Of a DNA stretch of 64,000 nt, positions 1-11,500 are shown piece by piece (within the stretch, counting starts at the first letter, position 1; the number at the start of each line of letters is the position of its first letter). A program made the translations under genes and the position numbers. The stretch is from Marsupella aquatica. Taxonomy: Eukaryota; Plantae; Marchantiophyta. Where the stretch lies: positions 9,549,839 to 9,613,838 of the forward strand of contig OZ316893.1 of the NCBI GenBank assembly GCA_973895155.1, written 5' to 3'. The notes beneath the pieces are model-generated. The model was not told the origin of the DNA and did not search any database. It saw only the letters and a program-made list of their open reading frames with translations.

Positions 1-3000
1 CAATGCTTCTTTTACCCCAAGTTGTGGGCCCCTAAAAATATATATGTCCGATGAAAAACAAAACCACACCAATACATACACCTTGTACCTTTCAGATGCC
101 CAAGCTCCCACAATGCCTATGCATTTGTCAAAATCCACCAAAGTAATGGTCACCCTGCATCTTATATATTATGTTCCCCTCCTATGTTAGCATAACATCC
201 AAACACCAACCCCTTCTTACCCTCATAAGTTGCCATAAACCCTAAATGCCAAAGCCGAGGGTCTTACCCTCCTAAATTAACATAATCTGACCCTAAACCC
301 TCACCACTTAAGCCCTCCTATGTTCCTGTAAAGAGCAAATGCCAAAACCCCTCTTACCCTCCTAAATGACCAAAACTTCACATGCCAAATCCCTCTTACC
401 ATATGTAGTACCCAATGCCAAAGCCAAGGTCTCACCCTCCAAAATTTCCAGCAGACCCAAATCATTTATCTCTCCTAAATTGGCCATAATCTCAAACAAC
501 AATAGGATACACCATCCTTCATATCCCTCCAACCTTAAAACCCCTCCTACATACCTTAGCTTATTAGTCTTATCACTTATACACCTGCTTAAGTATACCC
601 CCACCTTAATTCAAAATTCAAATTCACATGTGATGGGTGCGAGAAGAACATCTTCGCAATCTCATGCGGGAACCTCGTTGCGAACAAAATAACTTCGCAA
701 ATGGAGGCAATTGCGATGCTTTTTGCGAAAGTTTCTGCATCGCAAGTTGAGATGCGTAGAGTTTTGCAAACCCTATCTCCATTGACCCTTATGAATCCCG
801 AGCGCGGAACGGCCGGGAGAGTGCATTTTTTCATCGGAAGAGCGAAGGTTAGGGTGCGGGCAGAGCGATGGCGAGCAAAGGAGGTAGTGCTGGAGGTGAT
901 GGGGCTTCTGGTAGCAATGCGGGTAACAGAGGGGGGGAGGACCGACTGCAGAAGATGGTGGACGAGCACTTTTCCGTGGCACAATTGAGCAAACTGGATT
1001 TGACCACACCAGCAGGGCTGGGATCATTGAGTGCAATTTTAGGCCAGGCATTGCAATTTGGCATGACTGCAGGGCATGCAGCAAGGGATGAGGAGGAGAA
1101 GAAGGCAGCAGAGCAGAAGTCTATTGAGAAGAAGAGGAAGAGAGATGAGAGGGCGAAGGCCGACGTCCTCTCCCCTCATGCCCTGGAAAAGAAGAGAAGG
1201 AAGGAAGAGCGAGACCTGATCAGGAAGCAGAGGGAAGAGCATAGAAAGAAGGAGGAGGCCAGGAAGAAGCTGCCCCTGATTACTCTAGAAGAAGAAGGAA
1301 TTCCAACAGAGCTGGCTTATCTCGGGGCAAAGAGCACAATCAGGCACATTGTGTCAACCAATTTTGCTCGAGGGGTTGAGTGGGGCAGTGTTTCGAAGGC
1401 AGAGCAGAGGCGAGTCATGAATCAAGTGAAGGATGCATTTCGAAACAGAGGAGAGATTGACTCACAGTGGCTTGCAGACAAAATTGTCAATTCTATGTCC
1501 CAAGCAAGATACCACGATAGGAAGAAGATCAGAGCTCACCTGAGAGACCTGGAGGAGTACAAAAATCTGCAGCGGCCGCTGCAATTCTCTGAGGATGTCT
1601 GGAACGCCTTCTACCAGACTGAGTGAAGCTCAAAGCAGCCAGGCTCCTCAAGGAATTCACTGAGAAGTTGGCAAAGGCCCAGAAGGCGAGAGAGGCCGGG
1701 AAGTCTGACCGTGACCTGAAAACTATGGAGCAAAAGGTGGCCCAACTCCTGCAGGTTGTGGCAGATGTTGGCGATCCGCCCAAGAAATTCCTCAAGGCAG
1801 CTGAGCGCATCCAGGAGAAGCCCAACATAACCCACAGGCTCGGTCAAGGTGGCCTCCCCGGCCTAAAGGCAGCATTCGTGAGTGCCTCCCTTTCCTCCCT
1901 TCACTCCTTCCTTCTCCAATTCTTGTTTCAAGACATTTGCAATGGCACCCGATTGTTTCCCTTTTGCTAGTAAGTAGTTACTGTTGAACCTTACAAGTCG
2001 TCTTAGGTCGTGCACACTCGGGTTGGACACAGTTTTTGGTAGTAACAGAGTTTGAAAATCTTTTGCGATGCGTGTTGCTTCGCAACATGTTCGCAAACAC
2101 TATTATTAATATTTGTCGGGGAGAATTTGCAAAGCAACGCGCATCGCAACCAGCTTCGCAAACCTAATCATGCTGCTTTTTGCGAAGGTATGGGCTTCGC
2201 AAATTCAAAAACAGTATTTTTTTAATGTTAAGTTTTGGCCCTTAAGGCCCCAACACCTTGGCCCCCACCATAACCCTCCTAAACCCATCCCAACATTTCC
2301 TACCCCTTATACATGATTTGAGGTTTAATGTGGCCTAATGCCTTGTTGTTCCTCTTCTTTTTGCGGGTGTTGATGATGCATAGTACAAGAAGTACAGGAG
2401 GAAGATCACCCCAATAGAAATGGAGGTGGGGCAGAAGCATGGAAAGGAGACTCTATTTTGGCAAGTTGACGAGTTGTTGGTGAGCCTTTTTACATTTTTG
2501 GACCCTTGGCATTCATGATATTGATTATTGTGAAGACATTTTTAAGGTTAAAGGCAAGCCACTAATTGGTACCCTTTGGTTTGTGTGGAAGCAGGCACCA
2601 GAGGGGGATAGTACCTCTGACAAGGAGGGTGACACTGCTAGTAGCGACGAGGAGGATGTGAGCACTGCTCCTGGTAGTCATGCCGGGCCCACTAGCACTG
2701 GAGACCAGTCTTTTGCATCAGCCCGTGGTAGTGGTTCTGGTAGTGCAGCAACCCAGGAGGAGGAGGATGGAGATGAGGAGGGGGATGAGGAAGCGGACCA
2801 GGAGGATGACCAGGATGAGGAGGAGGTCCCACCGCCCCCTGCGCAAACCCGCAAGGGCAAGGGCAAGGAGAAAGAGAAGGACAAGGCCAAGGGGAAGAAG
2901 GCAAGGAGGGGAAGGAAGTCCCCTTTCTAGAGGATTTAGGTGGCAGGTTTTAGTGGTTTAGACCGTTAGTTAGGGTTTATATGTTCCAGGCATTTGACAT

Positions 3001-3685
3001 GCCCCTTTGGTAAGGGTTAGCACCTTTACATTTTGTAAATTTTGCACATTTTGATTAATTTCATATCTATTCCGGATTCCGGGTTCTGCCTTCCATTCTG
3101 CCTTCCATACAAGCCCTATTCCATTCATACCCTAAGCCTGAACCCTAAACTGGAATAACAAACCAAAATTTCAAAGATTCCCCATTTTTGTGAACCAATT
3201 GCGACACTCATCCCTTTGCAACTTCAGAGAATATTTTCATCGCAAAACAAGCATCCACAAATATGTCGCAAATATTGCGATAGTCAAACCATCGCAAATC
3301 TTGAGATTGTTCTTGATTCACAATGAAGCGATTCAATACTAATTGCAAATTTAGAAGCCATAAAATATCGCAACTTTGCGAGACAAAGTGGCTCGCAAAC
3401 ACACGAGCAATGTTGCTTCGAAAACACGCCGAGCGTGGTCGCGTCGCAACGTAGGCGATGGTGGCGCAGTGGCATTTTTTGGGAAGATGGTGGTATCGCA
3501 ATGTTGCATTTGTCTTGCGAAATCAGGAGCTTCGAAAGTTGCGATGTAGTTGCGAAGGTCCGTTTGCGAAGGACTTGGTATGGGAAAGTGCAATGCGGTT
3601 TGGTTCGCAAGTGACGATTTTTTTTTGTCCCTTTGTTGTTTGCGATGGATTCCGGTTCGCAATAGAGGGCCATAGTGTTGTAGTG
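1..3685 (+). mobile_element. Right arm of a CACTA (EnSpm) DNA transposon; left end lies outside the window
   Basis: Ends in ...catagtgttgTAGTG at 3685 (reverse complement CACTACAACACTATG). Dense TTGCGA/TCGCAA subterminal repeats at ~3195-3662. Contains a TnpA-like gene. Followed by aat, a candidate 3-bp TSD whose partner is not visible. Confidence 0.85.
868..2930 (+). pseudogene. CACTA TnpA/ORF2-like accessory gene, multi-exon, frameshifted near 1623
   Basis: ORFs 868-1626 and 1623-1877 (WGSVSK..DAFRNRGEID..RP..W..HRLGQGG) end at a gtgagt donor at 1878. Later exons at ~2383-2479 and ~2595-2930 encode an acidic/basic tail. Homologous by eye to the minus-strand gene at 38.6-39.05 kb. Confidence 0.65.
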
Positions 3686-4192
3686 AATTATGAGGTAGGA
3701 TTACAATTAGGGCAGGGATCTATGAATTAGGAATGAAGCAAGATTGTAAATTTAAAATACATCTGTTAACGAATATGTTAATGCGTTGTAGATTGCAATT
3801 ATGAGGAGGATCACACTTAGGGCAGCCAGGGATGTACGAATTAGGAATGAAGCATTGAAGATTTATATAACGCACCATCATTTTTTGAAGTGGTCATCAT
3901 TCAAAATTTACTCTGTGCCAAGTGAAATAACTCACATATGCAAAGCAAAACTAAGAGGACAAATACAAATAAAGCCACAACCAAAAATGAGGGGTAAAGA
4001 GTACTTCTTGTCATCACTTTAGCAAATAGATTACTTCCTTTTGATGTCCTCATTGTACTTGCAAGACAGTACACTCTTTATCCAATCCCTCCCTTGCCAT
4101 TGTCTTATTGTGTTGACCCTTGCCCCAATGTACATCCTCATGTGCATGCAATGCAAGGAGCATGTACACATACACCCATTCCCCCCTTGTAG

Positions 4193-4479
4193 CTTGGGGG
4201 GTTGACTATAAAAAATCTTAGGAATCACGTGCGATCCAAAATAGGTATTTTTCATAGAAATTAGTTAAATTTTTTAAAAACGTAAGAAGCAAAAGAAGGT
4301 ATTATAGACCAATATTTATAGAATATTCTCTAATATATACCTTTTATAAAGTAAAATAGGACATTAATATTGAAAATAGAGAATGTTTTTGGAATATTCC
4401 CATTACAAAATAGGTGTGTTTATATTAGGCTAGGATCGCACGTGGTACCCCAAAATATACACTAAGTTAAACCCCCGAG
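4193..4479 (-). mobile_element. Degenerate MITE of the CTCGGGGG (P-like) family
   Basis: Ends cttgggggg...acccccgag; internal atcacgtgcga motif; degenerate 8-bp TSD ccttgtag/ccttgagg. Orientation is uncertain. Confidence 0.6.
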
Positions 4480-5499
4480 CCTTGAGGTCATATGAAATCA
4501 TTTTATGAAAATAAATATATTTGGCAAAATTCAATAATTATGTATATTTGGATGACATGACAAGGGGTTGGGGGAGACAGAGTTTAGACATATATATTTT
4601 ATAAATCTGCAACTACAAGCTAGAGTTGGGCCTAGGCTTCTAGAGTGAAGCCTCTAGACCGTAACTCCATGGCTCATCATGTGGAATGATGAGAAAATTG
4701 ATGTCTATGATGTATGTCATGTCAAATGATAATCATGAGTGCTTTTTGTTATGATTTCTATTTATATTACAAATTGATCTCTATGGCCCCACCATATTAT
4801 ATGTGCATAAGTGGGATGTAGGATAGAAAAACTAGGGATGTGCGTAGAAAAGAGTACTATGATATGTTATGTCTGATCATTAAAATGACGATATGCATGA
4901 TAATTTTTTTATCATTCCATTAACCTTCAAAATATGTGAATAAGGATATATTTTGGTGACATTTTTATTGTACTCTCCGCTATTCACGATCAAAGAACGG
5001 GTAGTCGAGGCTAGTATATATATAAAGTGACAACCAAATTTGATAACATCAAAAATTATAATAACATGTTGCACCTTTTTTTTCCATGATGGTCGACTTT
5101 TGAATTTGCGGCCCAAACAATAAAGAAACTAACAAAGAGAAGGAATACACCAAAAAACAATTACATTTAGTGTGAAGAAATTAAAGAGTGACACCCAAGC
5201 AAGAAAAAGGTCCTGCCAAATGCTGCACAAGAATCAAGTCACCATCCATACATATCCAGTGTTCGTCCCTCTACCTTCCTCTACCATTCTTTCTACTTCT
5301 ATAATACGCAATGCAACCAAAAAACTCTTTAATTTTTTTGCTTACAAATTCAGAAATGGAGAGAACAAACCTGAGCCGTCAGATTTTTTCAGAGACTTTT
5401 TTGTGCTGTTGGATTGATTGACCAGGTATGTCAAATGATATGACTTATTTAATAGTAAAACACAAGGTATATGAGATTATATTTATCTGACATCGTATA

Positions 5500-5831
5500 T
5501 GTCACACCATTTAGAGTGGTAGTAAAGTATATCGTACTATCTAGGTATAGAGGTTTTGTATGTGTGCTACATGAGCACTATGTTTAGTTTGAGTTGGTGT
5601 GAGGGATAGTTATCCCCTTGTGTTGGCTCAAAGGCCTCATCTTTCAATGTTGAGCCTTTGAGCATGAGCTTGGTGGCTATGGTGTGGCTGACCAGGTTGT
5701 GTGCATGTAACGTGGATTCCTTGAAGCACAAGGTGCGTTGGGCTTGACATACATGTGTGATCGCGTCGGATGGGATTGTTGTTGGACTAGCACCGATCGT
5801 TGTTCGATTTGCACTATTGAAGAAGATTACA
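5500..5831 (+). repeat. 5' LTR segment A1 (330 bp plus terminal CA)
   Basis: Matches 14265-14594 with about 3 substitutions; ends ...gaagattaCA at 5831. Confidence 0.95.
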
Positions 5832-5840
5832 TTGAAAGAT
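5829..5840 (+). promoter_or_regulatory. Putative self-priming primer-binding site (Tf1/sushi type)
   Basis: No TGG tRNA-type PBS follows the LTR. acattgaaagat is the exact 12-nt reverse complement of atctttcaatgt at 5639-5650 inside the LTR. Confidence 0.65.
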
Positions 5841-6484
5841 CAGCTTCGAATTCTGATGTACGGATCGTGCAAACAGAAGTTTGATTTCGTTGTGGTTTTG
5901 TTGTTGACGATTCGTGGTATCTCGGATCGGGTTTTGTTGTTGAACGGATTGCTGGTATCTCGATCTGTTACAAGTTGGTGTTGAGAAAGCTTGAGTGAAT
6001 GCGGAGCTTTGAGTTGTTGAGTTGCGCGTTTGGAGTTGCGATTTGCATCGATCGACATTGCAGCATGTTGGAGGACTGAATGTGCAGTCGATGATCAGAA
6101 GTTGTCGTCGATTGTTATGCGCGGATTGCTAAGAGTATTCGCTGCGGTTTTGTGAAGGCAAGTTGGTCGGACTTGTGATTGTTTGTGATTCTGGTTGGGG
6201 ATGGTTCCAATCGGGGGTTGATTGTTGAAGTTGTATGTTGCGGATTTGAGATTCATCAAGTTTGATGTTGACGGACAGTGCATTCCTTCGAAGAAAGTGA
6301 CGTTGAATGTTGACAAATTGTGTCCCCTACGGCGACATAGCGCACCGTGGAGAGGCAACGTAGTGCACCGCGGAGAGGCGAGGTGCGGCGACGATCTAGG
6401 GCACAAGGAAAATGACAAAGTGAGTGAAAAGTGACTTTGTCCGGGAATTGCGGCGGGGTTTTTGCAGCAATAGGGTTGTGAAGG

Positions 6485-6855
6485 TCTTCCACGGAACACC
6501 GTTCCGTTGAGAGGGCATATTGGAGATTGGTTGACCGCGGAACACCGTTCCGTCGTGGTAGTTTTGGGAAGATTGGTCTTCCACGGAACATTGTTCTGTC
6601 GTGAGTGCATATTGGAGAACGATCGGGTATAGATTACCATTTTGTTGTGATAATTTTGGGAAGATTGGTTTTCCACGAAACACTGTTCCGCCAATTAGCT
6701 TGGCTATTGGTGATGGAGGGTTGCGGAACACTATCCCGCAACTAAGCAATTGACGGAACACCGTTTTGTCAATTGTCTTGGAGATTGGTGGTGGTGCATT
6801 ACGGAACACCGTTCCGCGATTGAGTGATGGGTATCCACGGAACACCGTTTTGCCA
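6485..6855 (+). repeat. Degenerate ~45-bp-period repeat array in the Gypsy leader
   Basis: About 8 copies of the core (c)acggaacaccgtt near 6490, 6536, 6582, 6674, 6723, 6753, 6801 and 6837. Confidence 0.8.
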
Positions 6856-7097
6856 ATCGGTTGATTATTGATAGTGGTGAGTTGATGGCGACCATTTAGG
6901 GAAAATTGGTCATCACGGAGTCCTCTGGTGATACGGGGCTAACCGAGGGACGACGGTCTGGTTTCACTCGGAGTGGAGTGCAATTTTGGTTGACGACATT
7001 GTTAGTGGTTACAAGTGGGGTTTCAGATAGTGATTCTAACAAGGACTTAGTAGCCAGTTCTCCTCGACATCAAGTGACTGTGCCATTGTTGTGGGAT

Positions 7098-8558
7098 ATG
7101 GAAGAGATGTATGGGGCCACAAAAATACCGAGGAGATACTCTGGTGCAGTTGGCACGATTGATTTGGATGATTTCATCCAAGAGTTTGATACGTGGTGTG
7201 ATATGCAGACAATGCGTAATGCCACATTGTTCACACATTTCATGGCTTGGAAAGGGTTGTTTCAGCATTTGGAGGGGCCACCCATGGATGACTACCATGA
7301 GTTTCGAAAGGCTCATTTAGTGGATATTGAGGCATGGAGATAGCATTGGTCACCAAACTATGTGTCCATCACTTATGGTACAAGTGTGGTTGCCCAACCC
7401 ATTGCTACAGCTGCGGCTTCTTCTAGCAGCACTAGCCAGAGTGGCACTCCATCAGCATCCACCGCTACTCCTACCGGTGTGATTGTGGCTGGGAGTGGAG
7501 CTGCGCCAACATTTAACCCTGTGATGAAGTTCTTTGAAGTATTGAAGCAGAACTACCAGGGTGTGAGAACTGATAAGTTGAAGGGTCTTCAGGAGTTCCA
7601 GCGCAAGACTGGAGAGAGCCTACGTGAGGCATACACTCGTATGCGAAGATTGATTACGGTCACACAAGGAGTGACATAGGCCCAAGCGGTCCAATTTTGG
7701 TATGCAATTCTGGATAGGGAGTTGCGTCGTAGAGTGAGAGATGCCACTCTATTGAGGGATTCAGATCCCACATTGGCTATAGTTTTTGCACTTGCTGAGC
7801 GCATTGAGCTCAATATGGTGAATGAGGAGGTGGTGACTTCTGGATTTGCCAAGGAAGCACCAAAGGTTGCATCGACGACCACACCGCAACCTACTGTACG
7901 TAAGAGCCAGAGAGAGAAGCCTACAACACGGGAATCTACTAGTCAGAGACCTGTGCCTTCTTATGCTGGACAACAATCAGGATGTTGGACTTGTAATGGG
8001 GATCATGCACAAAGATATTGCCCAGATAATAGGGGGCAAGGAGGGGCATCTACACGTGATCAACGACAATGTGATCATTGTGGAGTTGTTGGACACACCA
8101 AAGATAGGTGTTTTGTACTTCATCCTGAACTACGACGGGGAGGACCACGTGCGTATGATCAGGGAAGAGGAGGTAGAGGTGGTGGACGTGGTCGAGGCAT
8201 GCCACATGCAGGAAGACAGGGAGGTGATGTTGCTCCTACCGTTACCACAAATCCTAAGGATGCAAAGATTGCTCAATTGGAGCAACAACTAGCTGCAATG
8301 GCTAGTTCTCAAGTTAGACCTACTGCTAGTGATGGGGCTTCTACATCCTATGGAGCTTCAACCTCTTATGGAGCTGATGGAGATCTTGCCACCATGGGAT
8401 TTATGTGTGGCATTGTGCATGTTGATGCATCAGCAGCTTTGACTCGAGGAGCAGTTAAAGCCCTTGAGCCACGAGGAGCAGTGGTAGAGTTGGATCCTCA
8501 GAGAGGGAATATTCGTCGTCAAACGAAGCTTCCCCAATTATTTACATTCATTTGTTAG
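7098..8558 (+). pseudogene. gag: Gypsy gag with two CCHC zinc knuckles; in-frame stops
   Basis: Capsid-like FQRKTGESLREAYTR motif; knuckles CWTCNGDHAQRYC and CDHCGVVGHTKDRC; RGG tract; TAG stops at 7341 and 7677 in one frame. Confidence 0.85.
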
Positions 8559-11500
8559 AGGCAGTTCCAACTACCTCTATGAATCCGGTTCGGACTAACC
8601 CAGGTGGGGGTAAGTTGGCGGATTCAAGTGATGTTGTGACAGGGATGACAAGTACCCTGTTGGGGGCGGCCACTACTATAGTGCGCACGCCATTATTTTC
8701 CGCTACGGATATGCTGACATTGGGAGTTAGTCCAGCAGAGGTGTTCAGATTGGCGGCCACATTATGCTAGGACACTCCAGCTGTTGCTTCACGTGCAGAA
8801 GCAACGCCCAATTCTGAAGTAGTGGAGTTGAATCCACCTATTGCCAGTAATGAAACATGGCATACAGCAGCGGCAAGGTTGATAGATTTACCAGCGCGCC
8901 CTGCTTATGAGAGGACTAGGTTTAAACCTAGCGTCATATCGTTGGATAATCGGAGTGGTATCTTCCGATTAGTTGGGCCTTCTGGAGCAATATACTAGCC
9001 AGAACGAGTGTTACTGGATACTGGTGCTCAGCCGTTGATGTTGGGTAAGTCTGCGATAAGAGGATTGGGATTGCATCCTGATGACTTGGAGGAGTGTCCC
9101 TTTCCCATTCAGACTTCATTGGGAGGACCTACACCCACACAACATATCACTCGACGAGCACTTGAACTTAGGATTCAGGAGGATCATTCAAAGGATAACT
9201 CACGGATCCAGGCTCAAGCTATTTTGACTAAGGCTGAGTCATATGATGTCTTGGTGGGATGTACAGTTCTCTATCCTATGGGATTTGTTCTTGATTTTTG
9301 GAATGAATCGGTGTCGTATCGACCCGATTGGCAATCTGGAGATGCTCGATTGAGCCAATTGCCAGTGCGATTTAGTGGACCTGTTGGAGGCCCCAAATCT
9401 GCACCATTATCTTTGGCAGCATTCAGTAGTTTGATTACTGGGGCTGATGATTTGATTGAGGGTAACGCACATGCAATAGATGTCCCTACGGTGGAGGAGG
9501 CACATGAGGAACACTTCATGCATGGATTGCCCATTGATAGTGTTGTGACACCAGTATGGGGTACTGGACAGGCCTTGCCACAAAGTGCGGCCCGATTGAT
9601 ACATGATGCATGGCATCATGCTTTTACACCGCAATTAGGAGCAGAGCAATCAACTGCAAATGGACCAGTGACTCTTTCACCACTGGATACTACTCCTATT
9701 GCATGGCAATATCCACATGAAGGTATTTGTTTGTTGGATTTATTTGGTGGAATTAGCACTGGATTGGCTGTCGTTCTTCAAGCCGGCATTCCTGTGCGTC
9801 GTTATTTGTATGTGGAGACTGATGAGACAGCACGTAGAGTCTCATTACGTCATGTGGCATTGTTGGTCGAACGTTACCCACAATTGTTGCCAGTGGATGT
9901 CGTTCGTGGTTATCAACATGCATTGCCAGTTGATATTTCATTGGTGGGGGCGGATCATTTGGATCGCGTTGGCCCCATTGATTTGATGATTGCGGGTTGG
10001 CCATGTCAGGGTCAATCTAGAGCTGGAGTTGGACATGGACTTCATGATCCAAGATCTACATTGTTTTGGGAGATGTTATGGGTATTGCGTCATCTTCAGT
10101 TGCATCAGACACATTCCCCTGCCTACATTTTGGAGAATGTGCCATTATTGGGTGATGATCATCATCGACTTGTTGCCAGCGTTCATCAGGTTAAGTCTTA
10201 GATTGGACCTGCTGTGTTATTGGATGCTGCACGTGTGGGTTCTCGTGCACATCGTCCACGCTTGTGGTGGACTAATTTGTTACCTTGTGAGGTGTTGAAG
10301 CGAGCATTTGATAGCATTCCTCGCTCAGCAGCCTTGGTGGTGGATGATATTTTGGATCCAGGGCGTCATGCACAAGGTGTGACCCAGCCTGACAGACCTC
10401 CATTGGCAGTGATCAATGTAGTTGGTCGTCCACATTGTGCATTACCCACTTTTGTGAGCCATTCTGCTTCATATGCATTCAGAGTAGGTGGGCCTGGACT
10501 TGTATGGGATACAGCTCTACAGCAGTTAGTGGAACCTACTGCTGATGAAAGAGAGCGTGTTATGGGATTTTTGACTGGCACCACTACGGTTGCCTCTGTG
10601 TTAGAGAGTTCACGCCGCCAAGTCCTTGGTCAAGCCATGGAGCTGAACAATTGCGGATGCGCTCTTTTGGTGTTACTGATCATCCGTTGGTGAGCTTGCG
10701 GTCTACTGAGACAGTAGCGACCATAGCTGGGGGCGAGCAGACAGCCCATGGACCTATGGCAGGATTGGCCAAGGCAGGACAGATTGTTGAGCAGCGTTGG
10801 GACTGCTCAAATTGTTGCTAAATAGCAACCATCGACTATCTCTTCAACCCCAAAGGAAGACATCACAGCTTTGATGGAGAGTTGGGAGCCACAAATTGGC
10901 CCTAAGTTGACAGGGGGTGAGAGACGTCGAATGCATCAATTCTTGAAGAGTTATTGGAATTGTTTTGCATTTAGCATGAAGGATTTGGGAACATTGAAGG
11001 GCCCTAGTATTCAGATTGAATTGGCTAGTGATGCGCCAATCTTTCGACGACCATACCGATATAGTGATATGGAGAGGGCGTTGATTCGAAGTAGAACTCA
11101 AGATTTGTTGGAAGCTAGTTTGGTGGAGATTTTATACGGAGAGTATGCATCTGCCACAGTGATGCCAGCCAAGAAGGATGTGCATGGCAATTACACGGAT
11201 AGGCGAATGTGTCGTGATTACCGGCCTATTAATCGTCAGACAAAATCTGATCGATATGCCATGCCCACACCGGAGGAGATCTTTGATGCAGTGGGGCATG
11301 CAAGGATTTTTAGTTCGTTGGACCTCAGGGCGGGGTACCATCAGTTGCCAATTAGGCATTCTGATAGGTCCAAGACAACATTCTAAGAGATTGATTCTTA
11401 TGGCAAAGATCGTTTGTATCAGTGGTTGTTCTTACCATTTGGGTTGAAGAATGCACCAGCTGAGTTCCAGAGAGTCATGGATCGAATCCTTGCAGGTTTG

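Noticed and set aside
6485-6855. CRISPR-like repeat-spacer appearance
   Set aside because: The repeats are degenerate, the spacers resemble each other, there are no cas genes, and the context is a eukaryotic retroelement leader.
9722-10650. Bacterial restriction-modification methyltransferase or contamination
   Set aside because: The domain is in frame within pol between protease and RT, with no partner endonuclease.
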